Below are positions 1 to 9,246 of a stretch of 64,000 nucleotides of DNA, piece by piece. The notes below the pieces were generated by a model. That model ran no database searches. It had not been told where the DNA came from and saw nothing but the letters and a program-made list of their open reading frames with translations. The translations under genes were made by a program, and so were the position numbers. The DNA is from a virus. The first letter of the stretch is position 1, and each line of letters opens with the position of its first letter. The DNA lies in the IMG/VR virus record IMGVR_UViG_3300028388_003330, positions 16,203 through 80,202 of that record, one strand, 5' to 3'.

Positions 1-103
1 CCCAAGCACTCACGCAAGAAATTTTCATGATTCCTTACACCAGAAGCGGCCTTCGGTCGGTTCTTCAACCTAATGGTTTCTCGCTTTTTTTCCACAATAC
101 CTC

Positions 104-844
104 CTACGGTTTGCTAAGTGACTTGGCTGTGTTAACCAAGTCTTGACCAAAGAATTTAATTGCCAGTGGCTCCAGAAGAACCCGAGCCTCATACAGAACA
201 TGGCAAAGCACATAGCGCTTCTCTCGCCGCTTCGATATCACGGACAACAGATAGCGCTGAAAACCCTTCTGCTCGGGTCGACCTTGGTAGTTTTCAGCCA
301 GATAGAAGGGGTCGTTCGGAAGCACCAAGTCATACGTCAGACGTTCAGCCCAAGCCGTAATGACAGGCTCCCTCACCTTCTCGGAATACATCTGCGAAGG
401 TCTTGGGCATCTGGCCCAGCAGGTTTCTTCCGCGAATCGAATAATGGTTTTGCAGTAAAAGTCGTAAGGGACGCCAAGCTCGTCTGCAGATTGACGCCCT
501 TTCCAGTAGGCGGTGTAGTCGCGAGACTTGCCCTCAAAAATATTCTCCGTGTAACCCTTAACGGGTTTCATGTACTGGGAACGTTCAAGGTCAAGTCGAA
601 TTCTGTGGAAAAGCTGGTACGCCAGCAGATATTCATGGGCGTACAGTAGGGTGGCCTTGGTTGGATGAAGCCTGCGATAGTCAAACCACTTGGTTTGGAA
701 CAGCGGAGCTTCTTTCCCGAGGAAATGACGCCGCTCAATGTTCTGCAGGGCAAGAATCTCACACTCTTCTTGGGTTAATTGATCCCCGAAGAAGGGTCCA
801 GTAACAGACCGTGAGTCGTCCAGCGTTGGCAAAAACGCGGGCAT
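104..844 (-). CDS. Conserved phage hypothetical protein (SSU5-like, possibly replication-associated)
   Basis: 246-aa ORF with RBS (GAGAGGA) and an upstream promoter. The KWFDYRxLHP motif is recalled from SSU5-like phage-plasmids. Confidence 0.6.
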   Translation of the reverse strand: MPAFLPTLDDSRSVTGPFFGDQLTQEECEILALQNIERRHFLGKEAPLFQTKWFDYRRLHPTKATLLYAHEYLLAYQLFHRIRLDLERSQYMKPVKGYTENIFEGKSRDYTAYWKGRQSADELGVPYDFYCKTIIRFAEETCWARCPRPSQMYSEKVREPVITAWAERLTYDLVLPNDPFYLAENYQGRPEQKGFQRYLLSVISKRREKRYVLCHVLYEARVLLEPLAIKFFGQDLVNTAKSLSKP

Positions 845-877
845 TTCCGTCTTCCTCTCCTGTGTCTATACCAGTAA

Positions 878-906
878 GAGTATTCAGTAAGTGCTTAGTT
901 ATTTCA
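878..906 (-). promoter_or_regulatory. sigma70 promoter TTGAAA-N17-AATACT with an operator-like palindrome (884-901) over the spacer
   Basis: Read directly from the sequence upstream of the 844 start. Confidence 0.55.
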
Positions 907-944
907 AGAGAGCAGCACTTATGCCCGTGTTTCTGCCGTCTGGA

Positions 945-1700
945 TCAGTCTCGGTAAGCTAGGAGAATTTCGCGGGCAAGCCCAGAACGGACCACGTCAT
1001 CGACATGAAACTCGACCACGGAGACGTAACCGGAGTTTCTGAGCCTGCAGACAGCGTCCTCAAGGCCAGACCTTCCTTCGATGTCGCGCTGCGAAGGGTC
1101 GCCATTGACCACCACCTTGGCATTCTTACCGATGCGAGTGAGAAACATTTTCATCTGCATCGGAGTGCTGTTCTGCGCCTCGTCCAAAATAACCCAAGAA
1201 TTATCGAAGGTTCTGCCTCGCATGTAAGCCAAAGGAACGCATTCGATTTTCTTGTTCTTAAGCATGTACTCTATGGTGCCGGGATTCATTCGTTCATTAA
1301 GAACATCACGGAACGGTGCGATATAAGGCTCAAACTTTTCATCAATATCACCGGGAAGGAACCCTAGCGAATCACCAGTTTCAACTGTTGGACGAGTAAG
1401 AATGATGCGGTCAACTTCTTTACTCAGCAAAGCGTCTGCGGCCATTGCGGCGCAGACATATGTTTTCCCTGTTCCTGCTGGACCCAAGCCAAACGTCAGT
1501 TTGCTATTTTGAATGGCAATAATGTAATGCCCTTGAGCTTCAGTTTGTGCTTCTAACGGTTTAACTCTAGACGGTATATTTTCCATCCCCGATACGCTAG
1601 CTAGCCTTAGTCTGTTACTGTTCAAGCGATCCCTTTTCTCTAGTTTACGAAGTCGTCGGCGTTCGGCTTTTGTCAGGTAACTACTATTTGCTGAAGGCAT
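945..1700 (-). CDS. phoH: PhoH-family ATPase
   Basis: GPAGTGKT Walker A, RIILTRP, LGFLPGD, YMRGRTF, ILDEAQN and GDPSQ motifs. Confidence 0.95.
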   Translation of the reverse strand: MPSANSSYLTKAERRRLRKLEKRDRLNSNRLRLASVSGMENIPSRVKPLEAQTEAQGHYIIAIQNSKLTFGLGPAGTGKTYVCAAMAADALLSKEVDRIILTRPTVETGDSLGFLPGDIDEKFEPYIAPFRDVLNERMNPGTIEYMLKNKKIECVPLAYMRGRTFDNSWVILDEAQNSTPMQMKMFLTRIGKNAKVVVNGDPSQRDIEGRSGLEDAVCRLRNSGYVSVVEFHVDDVVRSGLAREILLAYRD

Positions 1701-1741
1701 ATATTTCCCCTGGTGGAAGAAACAATTAGCCCCTCTACTGT

Positions 1742-2050
1742 TTAACCAAGAGCTTGCTTTACGTTAACCGTAATCGTTGTACCTCTCAGTTTTTTCACCA
1801 CGCCTTCGAGTGTCACTACCTGTAACTCATGCTCACCGACGATGGAGAAATCGCCCTGCTCTACAGCGTATGAAACAATCCCTTTTGCTGGATCGGTAAT
1901 GCTGACCGCAGAATCTTTTGTAACAATTTCCCGGTTGGGCTTTTTAATAATAACCTGCGCATCCGTAGCGCTGGTAAGATCAACATCGGTTTCGAAGTTG
2001 ATAAGAACGCCGTAAGTGTCGGTGTAAATATCAATCATTTGTGTCTCCAA
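1742..2050 (-). CDS. BppU N-terminal-like Ig-fold virion protein
   Basis: DLTSAT..IIKKP..DPAKGIVSY...GDF...G pattern. Paralog of 16386..16688. Confidence 0.6.
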   Translation of the reverse strand: METQMIDIYTDTYGVLINFETDVDLTSATDAQVIIKKPNREIVTKDSAVSITDPAKGIVSYAVEQGDFSIVGEHELQVVTLEGVVKKLRGTTITVNVKQALG

Positions 2051-5000
2051 TACCTTTGGCGCTTCAACTTCAGGTTGATCTGATCTTTGAGGTCTATTTT
2101 AACTTGAGCGTGAATCGGCCACCAAGTTGAAGTTGCCCAAATACCCTTAATTACTTGACCTTCAGCATCAAAATTCGAATCTGCGGTAATTGACGCCGTC
2201 GCATTGGAAAGCTTGTAACGGTTTGCTGTAAGACTACCATCCGCTTCTATCAATGCGGTGCTGGGCTTGATCTTATACCGCTCAACGGTTAAGCCGCCTT
2301 CTGCATTGATGTATAGGGTAATAAGCCCTTTCGCTACGCTCGAAACCGAGCTTTCACCCTCAGAAGATGCTTGCCTTACATAAATCTTATAGTGCGTGCT
2401 ACTTTGAGAACCTTCACCATTAAAGATGATGGTGCTAACACCATGAATCTTGGTGAATTCACTACTAACAACCGCACTGGCTGTAATCGAAGCAAGCGCC
2501 TGCTTAAGCTTGTAAACCTGCGAATTGAAACTCGCCGTACTGGTAATCGACGCCGTTTTCGGCTTGATTTTGTACCTTATAGAGCTGACAGATGCGCTTG
2601 CCGAAGAGCTTGAATCGCGAACGCGAATCACCGTCCGCGTTGTAGAAACCCCGCCCTGCGCAAGAATGTTGACCGTTCCAGAGCTGGAAATTTCAGTATA
2701 AGAACTGTCAACCGACGCTTGTGCAGCGATGCTGACCGTTCTGGTAATGAACTTCTCGTAACTGGAATCAACCGTTGCGCTTGCAGCGATAGCCGCTGTG
2801 CGTACTCGAAAGATATTCGGAGTGGTTGCAACAACGCCTGTACCAGCAATGCCGGAGGCCGCAGGCTTGATGACAAAGCGATTTGCAGAAACCGCACCGG
2901 CCGCAGCAAAGCTCGCTGTTCCTTCTCCGGACTTGTTTGCAGCGGCAGTAACGCTAGAAGACGCTGTAACGCTCGCTGAGCGCACCTTGATAACGTGCGT
3001 ACTCGCGTCGTTAGTGCTAACAGAAGCGCTGGCAGAAACGCTTACAGAGCGTCCCTTAACAACGAAGCGGGCTGCAGTAACGCTGGCTGTAGCGGCGAAG
3101 GAAATCTGCCCAGCAAGCGGAATAACTTCACCCGAGATACTGACTGTATCCGGGCCGTCTTCAGCGGCAAGATCGCCTTGAACCAGTACCGATCCATCGA
3201 CACTGGCAGAGTCTTGACCCGACTCCCTGACGTTGATGGAACCAAGTATTCCATTTCCACCGTTCAGGGCTACTAAGTCTGAACCAACCTCTTGGACAGC
3301 AAGGTCACCCTGTATAAGAACAGAGCCGTCAACACTGACCGTGTCAGAGGTCGCTTCTTGGGCGGCAATGTCGCCCTGAACCAGTACCACTCCATCGATT
3401 GTCGCCGTATCAGAGCCAACCTCTTGAGCGACCAAATCACCGGAGACAATCAAAGAGGCGTCGATTGTCGCTGTATCGGAGCCAACCTCTTGGGCAGCGA
3501 GGTCACCCTGAATCAGTACCGACGCATCGACAGAGACAGAGTCCGCACCGGCCTCTTGGGCAGCAAGATCGCCTTGGATAATTGACGCTGCCGAAATGGT
3601 AACGTCGTCAGATCCAACCTCTTGGACAGCAAGGTCACCCTGAACCAGTACCGATCCATCCAAGGAAACAGTGTCGGAACCCGTCTCTTGGGCGGCAAGA
3701 CTACCGGCTATCAGTACATCGCCATCAAACGATACGGTATCAGATCCGGTTTCCTGTACAGCTAGATCGCCTTGAACAACAGCGATGACGTTACCGCTAA
3801 GCGATACAACGTCAGAGCCAACTTCTTGGGCGGCAAGATCGCCGCTGACGAGCACGTCACCATCAATAGAAACGGTGTCAGCGCCAACCTCTTGAGCAGA
3901 GAGATCACCCTGAACGATGAGAGAGGCATCGATTGCTGCAGTGTCAGCACCAGACTCTTGAACGGAGAGGTCGCCAGAGACAATCAGAGAGACGTCAATC
4001 GATACACTGTCAGCACCAGACTCTTGTGCGGTCAGAGTGCCTGTAATTGCGCCTGAAGTTGTTGTGAATTCAGCGGTTTCGACGCTATTGGTATAAGCGC
4101 CATCGGTGTTCTGCCAAACAAACGCTGCCTTATAGCTAGTGTCCGCTTGAAGCGCGTTGGCATCAAACGCAACCGCGTCTGTAAAGGTCGCCTGTTGGCT
4201 ATCACTGAACGCTGCAGCGCTGCCATTAACATCCAAACCAGCAACGATTTGATCGTCAGACGGCTTTGCTAAGGCGCTGTCATAGACAACCACATACAGA
4301 ATGCCGGGTACTGCCGTACTAAAGTGCGCAGTATCGGAGCCGGTTTCCTGAACCGCCAGATCACCCGATATTTCAACGCTTCCTGTAAGGCTTGCAACGT
4401 CCGCAGTTGCCTCTTGGGCGGAAACATCACCTTGTATAAGAACATCACCAGCAAGCGATGCGATGTCCTGCGCCGATTCCTGTACAGAAATCGAACCCGA
4501 AATAATGACATCGCCTGTAATAGCGATGGTGTCACTGCCGGATTCCTGTATTGAAATCGTTCCGCCAGCATATGTTCTGAAAGCGACGGTTTCAGAAACA
4601 CTGGAATCATTGCTTCCGTCAGACCAGACGGCAGCGGCTTTGTATTCGACGCCCTGTGTTAGAGCGGAAGGGTCAAAACTGTAGGTGTTATCGACATCCG
4701 CCGTTTTATCAAATGCGTAAACAGCAGCGCCATCTAATGCATCTGTCCCCGCTTTAATTTGTGCAGCAGTTGGCGTTGCTTTCTCACTGGTATAAACAAC
4801 GCAATAAATTCGATTGGTGGAGGGTTGTTCAACGGAACCGGTAATGTTGCAGGAATCAGAACCCGATTCTTGTGCAGCCAAATCCCCTTGAACGAATACA
4901 TCGCCGTCAAATGCAGCGGAATCTGCGCCGGTCTCTTGTACAGAGAGGTTGCCAGTAATATCTCCATCAGAAACGCTTCCACTAAACGAAAGCGAATCTG

Positions 5001-5835
5001 AACCTGTTTCTTGAGCGCCTAAATCTCCTGTTACCAGTACATCGCCGCTAAAAGATAAGGAGTCTGAACTAGCCTCTTGCGCTGATAAACCACCGCTTAC
5101 TAGCACATCACCATCGAAAGAGACGGAATCTGAACCTGTTTCTTGGACAGAAACATCGCCAGATATAAGTACATCACCATCGAAAGCCGCTGTATCTGCA
5201 CCGCTTTCCTGCGCTGACAAGCTACCGGTAATAGGCGCATCAGTGACGGCACCATCGATTGAAACACTGTCAGAACCCGTTTCCTGTGCTGACAGATCTC
5301 CGGTGATTGTTGCAGCACCCGCCGTATAGACGCCAGTAACTTCAGCAGCCGTAATGCGTTTTTCGAGAGTGTCGCCGCCTTTGACCTTAGTGACGACCAT
5401 CGTAATATTGACGATGGCACCATCCCAATCAGCTTTGGTCGCGCTGGTATCAACGCCAGTGAGCGTTATCGCCCCAGAGTTTGTTGGCGTGGTCGTCGTG
5501 ATATTAGTGGCAATGGAAACAGCATTGGTTAGCGGCGTCGTACGATCAGATTTAAAAATCTGAACCGTAATGCTGTCCCAGGTGTTTACCTGCGTGCCAG
5601 TTTGCCAGTGATAGCGCAGGTTGATTGACACCGAATCCATGGTGCCAAAATCGGCAGGCGTATCACCCAGCGCGAAGAAGCCAGATATCGCATTGTTGGC
5701 GTTATCAGTAGTATAGAAGTAGGTTGAATCGTTACTGGATGCAATAGCCTCCAGTACCGGCTCGGTACCCGTGATGGAGCACGCGGTCGAATTGACCGTG
5801 TCAAATGTACCCAGTAATAAAGTAAGATCAGCCAC
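2035..5835 (-). CDS. Long repetitive fibre/scaffold protein: ~23-aa GDLxxQExGxD repeats, two truncated FN3-like modules and Ala/Ser-rich C-terminal repeats
   Basis: 1266-aa ORF with more than 20 visible QE(T/S/V)G(S/A)D repeats. Confidence 0.75.
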   Translation of the reverse strand: MADLTLLLGTFDTVNSTACSITGTEPVLEAIASSNDSTYFYTTDNANNAISGFFALGDTPADFGTMDSVSINLRYHWQTGTQVNTWDSITVQIFKSDRTTPLTNAVSIATNITTTTPTNSGAITLTGVDTSATKADWDGAIVNITMVVTKVKGGDTLEKRITAAEVTGVYTAGAATITGDLSAQETGSDSVSIDGAVTDAPITGSLSAQESGADTAAFDGDVLISGDVSVQETGSDSVSFDGDVLVSGGLSAQEASSDSLSFSGDVLVTGDLGAQETGSDSLSFSGSVSDGDITGNLSVQETGADSAAFDGDVFVQGDLAAQESGSDSCNITGSVEQPSTNRIYCVVYTSEKATPTAAQIKAGTDALDGAAVYAFDKTADVDNTYSFDPSALTQGVEYKAAAVWSDGSNDSSVSETVAFRTYAGGTISIQESGSDTIAITGDVIISGSISVQESAQDIASLAGDVLIQGDVSAQEATADVASLTGSVEISGDLAVQETGSDTAHFSTAVPGILYVVVYDSALAKPSDDQIVAGLDVNGSAAAFSDSQQATFTDAVAFDANALQADTSYKAAFVWQNTDGAYTNSVETAEFTTTSGAITGTLTAQESGADSVSIDVSLIVSGDLSVQESGADTAAIDASLIVQGDLSAQEVGADTVSIDGDVLVSGDLAAQEVGSDVVSLSGNVIAVVQGDLAVQETGSDTVSFDGDVLIAGSLAAQETGSDTVSLDGSVLVQGDLAVQEVGSDDVTISAASIIQGDLAAQEAGADSVSVDASVLIQGDLAAQEVGSDTATIDASLIVSGDLVAQEVGSDTATIDGVVLVQGDIAAQEATSDTVSVDGSVLIQGDLAVQEVGSDLVALNGGNGILGSINVRESGQDSASVDGSVLVQGDLAAEDGPDTVSISGEVIPLAGQISFAATASVTAARFVVKGRSVSVSASASVSTNDASTHVIKVRSASVTASSSVTAAANKSGEGTASFAAAGAVSANRFVIKPAASGIAGTGVVATTPNIFRVRTAAIAASATVDSSYEKFITRTVSIAAQASVDSSYTEISSSGTVNILAQGGVSTTRTVIRVRDSSSSASASVSSIRYKIKPKTASITSTASFNSQVYKLKQALASITASAVVSSEFTKIHGVSTIIFNGEGSQSSTHYKIYVRQASSEGESSVSSVAKGLITLYINAEGGLTVERYKIKPSTALIEADGSLTANRYKLSNATASITADSNFDAEGQVIKGIWATSTWWPIHAQVKIDLKDQINLKLKRQRYWRHK

Positions 5836-6106
5836 CGCTTACCCCACAGGTTGCACAGGTCATGCCAGCCGGAGGCCAATCCCCGCAGTTATTAACAAAA
5901 CTAGGCATCAAAGGCTTGACGTTAGTTATGTAACGCGGGTCAGTATATACCGCTTTCCATGTGCCGTTCTCACGAAATAAACCGCAAGCCCAACGTCGAT
6001 TGGGTACGGTATTTTCTTCTAGGTATTGACAAACACCTCCACCGATATAGCAGCAGTGATCATCCGAATTGCCGGTGCAGATACTCATCAGAATGTCACA
6101 TCCCAA
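5828..6106 (-). CDS. Small Cys-rich metal-binding protein (YkgJ-like Cys spacing)
   Basis: C..HCC....C..L.......C...C..WP....CxxC pattern. Overlaps both neighbouring genes. Confidence 0.55.
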   Translation of the reverse strand: MGCDILMSICTGNSDDHCCYIGGGVCQYLEENTVPNRRWACGLFRENGTWKAVYTDPRYITNVKPLMPSFVNNCGDWPPAGMTCATCGVSGG

Positions 6107-8103
6107 CTAAGTGTTGCACTTGTTAATCCAGCAATTGTAACCGTTGGATTGTCTACTGTTGGCGTAGTGCTGACGTAGTAATCGAAACCGATGTCCCACG
6201 CGCCAGCAGCGGGCCATTCGTCGCCGTCGATGTCTGCGGTGAAGCTACTGTAGAGGTTAGCGCCCGCACCGATCAGCGACGATCCCGCTGCTAGGTGATA
6301 GTCATCGTTCGCAGCGTCGGCAAAGTCAGTGCTGACGATGTTGGTCGTCAGGGGGTTGGTGCCGGGAGGCGTGTAAGTGCTGGCAACATCTGACGCATTA
6401 TTGCTGCTGTTTGACGTGTCTATTGCGCCTTCTGTGTCGTACCCAACAGTTGCCCCATAGGCGACACAGTTTTTCAGAACGATAGGGCCAGTCGTTAAAC
6501 ACTCTAAAGCCGTAGTGTTTCCACCAGACACGAAAACACAGTTGTAATAATCCTGGTTTGTAAAATTTCTAACATAAACAGCCGGCGAATCCGACGCTTT
6601 ATTTATAAACGCACAGTTTTTCGCAACGAAATAATCGCCAGTTGAAGCGGTATTAAAATTAAGCGCAGTGTTGATGCGCGATGAACTATCGTTTGCCACT
6701 CTACAAAACACGGCATCAAACGAAACATAGTTTGCCTCAACATAAATACTGCTGTTTGCCGAGGAGGTTGCGCCGATCTCTCCGCAAAAGCCCTCAACGA
6801 CTGTATAATTTTGGGACACTTTCAACGGGTATCCATAGTTCTGATCGGTATAAACGTAAAACCCAGTAGCGGGTGTGCCATTGTGACGCTCTGCGCTTGG
6901 CACATACACCTTCACATAACGCTCGGAGTCCGTAGTCCATCCAGCTATAGTGGGGACATCGTTCAACCCACTCGGCCAGTCGTCGTAACACTCGGCGACT
7001 GCAATCTCGTCGGCAGCGACGAGGTCCACCTGTTCTCCAGACTCCCATGCTGACAGCGTCGTGTAGTCGCCACTGGACGAACGGATAGTCTTGGTAACGG
7101 CGATAGTCCCCCTGTGGGCACCTATGGGCCAGTGCTCTACACCATCACTGTCAGCGATAGGAACGCCTGTGATGTCGTAAATGGTAGTGCCATCACCGAG
7201 GTCACCCCCGGCTTCAAATAGCTGACTGGTTGTTGGATCAAGTGGTAGGCGGTAATCGTCGTTCGCAGCGTCTCGGAAGTCAGCGGACGTGACGTTGGTC
7301 GTCAGGGGGTTGGTGCCGGGAGGCGTTACCGTTGCGCCGTCGCTAGCGGCGTTATTAAAAGTACCCGCAGTGTATATCGCGCTCGCGCCATAAGAAAAAG
7401 AGGTTCCGCAGTTATACGCCACACAGTTCGCCCACGACACTCCCTGGTTGATGTCGTTAGAACCAGTGGAAGCCATGTAAAAACCTATGTCTGTGCAATC
7501 GACCGCGACACAGTTCTGTGCGATGTAGCCATAATAATTGGCGCGGGTCATAAACCCACGATAACCCATCCCGATGCAGTTTATGTAAATAGAACGCCTG
7601 TTTCTAAAGGCCGCGTAGGGTGTGCCGCCGTTAGAAGTGCCGTACCCAACGCAAGCAAAAGCGGTAAAATTATAAGTGCTGCTGTCGCAGTAAAAAGCGT
7701 CGCCATTTGCTGCTGTTTGCCACGCCTCGACGTACTCGATTAAAGTGTCGTTCCCAGTAACAACTTCAACTACCTCGCCGTAGTTGTCTGAGTAATACAT
7801 CCAAAACCCAGCTTTCGAGACGCCGTTATGCCGATGTCCTTCTGCGACCGTTACTTTCACATACCGCGTCGCATCCGTTGTCCACCCGTCGATTGTTAGT
7901 TTGTCGTTCAACCCACTCGGCCAGTCGTCATAGCACTCGGCTACGGCCATCTCATCAGCGGTAACAAGGTCTTTCTGCTCGCCTGCCTCCCATGCCGAGA
8001 GGGTGGTGTAATATCCATCGACGCCATACAGCGCCTCCATAGCGGACTGATTTGCCGTCCATGCGGCTGCGGTACGGATGGCATGTTTAACCTCGGTTGC
8101 CAT
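6088..8103 (-). CDS. Tandem beta-helix (pectin-lyase-like) receptor-binding/fibre protein with a C-terminal 24-aa tag
   Basis: Two homologous halves (YTTLSAWE...AECYDDWPSGLND ... PPGTNPLTTN..DAANDDY), NCVA-type helix rungs and a WDIG motif. Confidence 0.7.
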   Translation of the reverse strand: MATEVKHAIRTAAAWTANQSAMEALYGVDGYYTTLSAWEAGEQKDLVTADEMAVAECYDDWPSGLNDKLTIDGWTTDATRYVKVTVAEGHRHNGVSKAGFWMYYSDNYGEVVEVVTGNDTLIEYVEAWQTAANGDAFYCDSSTYNFTAFACVGYGTSNGGTPYAAFRNRRSIYINCIGMGYRGFMTRANYYGYIAQNCVAVDCTDIGFYMASTGSNDINQGVSWANCVAYNCGTSFSYGASAIYTAGTFNNAASDGATVTPPGTNPLTTNVTSADFRDAANDDYRLPLDPTTSQLFEAGGDLGDGTTIYDITGVPIADSDGVEHWPIGAHRGTIAVTKTIRSSSGDYTTLSAWESGEQVDLVAADEIAVAECYDDWPSGLNDVPTIAGWTTDSERYVKVYVPSAERHNGTPATGFYVYTDQNYGYPLKVSQNYTVVEGFCGEIGATSSANSSIYVEANYVSFDAVFCRVANDSSSRINTALNFNTASTGDYFVAKNCAFINKASDSPAVYVRNFTNQDYYNCVFVSGGNTTALECLTTGPIVLKNCVAYGATVGYDTEGAIDTSNSSNNASDVASTYTPPGTNPLTTNIVSTDFADAANDDYHLAAGSSLIGAGANLYSSFTADIDGDEWPAAGAWDIGFDYYVSTTPTVDNPTVTIAGLTSATLSWDVTF

Positions 8104-8897
8104 TAGCTCGCCTTGTCGAGTATCCGGCTAGCGAGTTGTGCAGGCGTCACTTCGATGACCCCGCCCATGCCAAGCGCCGTATCAACGTCAGCGTCGGACA
8201 CCCGCCAACGACGGCGGCGCACCGTCTTGCGCATGGCATCCTTCAGCGCATCGACAAAGTGCTGGCGCACGTCGGTACGAGTGAACTCTGCGGTGATGAC
8301 ATCGCCCGTCACATCAGTGATCGTCGCGTTGGCCTCCTGAATCTGGGCCTGCGCATTCTGCACCGTCACGCTAGACGCCGACACATCGACCGTGGCAACG
8401 TGAACGCCGGTACCCTGGTCGTAGGACTGCTCGGCGATGGTAATGCCCAGCGTCGTGGGGTCTTGCCCCCAGAACCCCTCCGACTTGTAGGCGTCCTGAA
8501 CGGTGATGTCGAACCGCACCTCGTTGGTCGTCGTGCTGACAACCGACGCACCCCACTTAGTGAGCCAGTTTTCCACCTGCTCGCGGGTGATGCCGTACTC
8601 ATTTGCCGCACCGGGGGTTTCGGTCCATATCCGTACCCGGACACCATCGACAGCGGCATCAGTAGCGACGATCTCGTAACCAAGTTCACGCCGCCAATCA
8701 TCGCGCCGGTCTTCTACCTGCTCGACCGTGACGCCAGGAACCTTGACGATGACGAACGTAGGCGGGCCTTCTTTACCGCCCCACTCATGCCCATCCGGCA
8801 TGACGACCACGATGTCACCCTTTTTGTAGCATCCCTGCTCGTCGGTATCCGGGTCCGGGTGGGTGGCGTCAATTGCTTTTATAAGGAATTCGGCCAT
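8103..8897 (-). CDS. Fibre-associated hypothetical protein, paralog of 53689..54489
   Basis: Start moved to MAEFL by alignment with the paralog. TAATG coupling to the downstream gene. Confidence 0.7.
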   Translation of the reverse strand: MAEFLIKAIDATHPDPDTDEQGCYKKGDIVVVMPDGHEWGGKEGPPTFVIVKVPGVTVEQVEDRRDDWRRELGYEIVATDAAVDGVRVRIWTETPGAANEYGITREQVENWLTKWGASVVSTTTNEVRFDITVQDAYKSEGFWGQDPTTLGITIAEQSYDQGTGVHVATVDVSASSVTVQNAQAQIQEANATITDVTGDVITAEFTRTDVRQHFVDALKDAMRKTVRRRRWRVSDADVDTALGMGGVIEVTPAQLASRILDKAS

Positions 8898-8913
8898 TTT
8901 GAACCTCAAATTA

Positions 8914-9246
8914 CTAGAATGTAATTGTACACCCTACAGTCGCACTAGTTGGCCCTGTCACTGTAAACACAGGCAAACTTAATACCGGGTTGCTTACATC
9001 TGAGACAAACGTTTGGTGAACAGCAGTGCTGTAATCGGTCCCGTCGTACCAGACGGCGCTGACGCGGTAGCTGACGCCAGCCGTCAGGCCAGAGGCGCTG
9101 AAGTTCTCGGTGCCCGATACGTCGGCCAGTTGGTTGCTGGCGTAGGTCGCGGCGTTACCGTCGGCACCCTGTCCTGCGACGATCTGCGCTGCGGTCGCCG
9201 TGCCTTGGCTGGATGGGTAGACCGAGAGGTAAAGCGTATCGGCCAT
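8914..9246 (-). CDS. Circularly permuted FN3-like adaptor protein
   Basis: LYLSVY..TAAQIVAG..GLTAGVSY core followed by the 24-aa PVLSLP...TITF tag. Confidence 0.65.
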   Translation of the reverse strand: MADTLYLSVYPSSQGTATAAQIVAGQGADGNAATYASNQLADVSGTENFSASGLTAGVSYRVSAVWYDGTDYSTAVHQTFVSDVSNPVLSLPVFTVTGPTSATVGCTITF

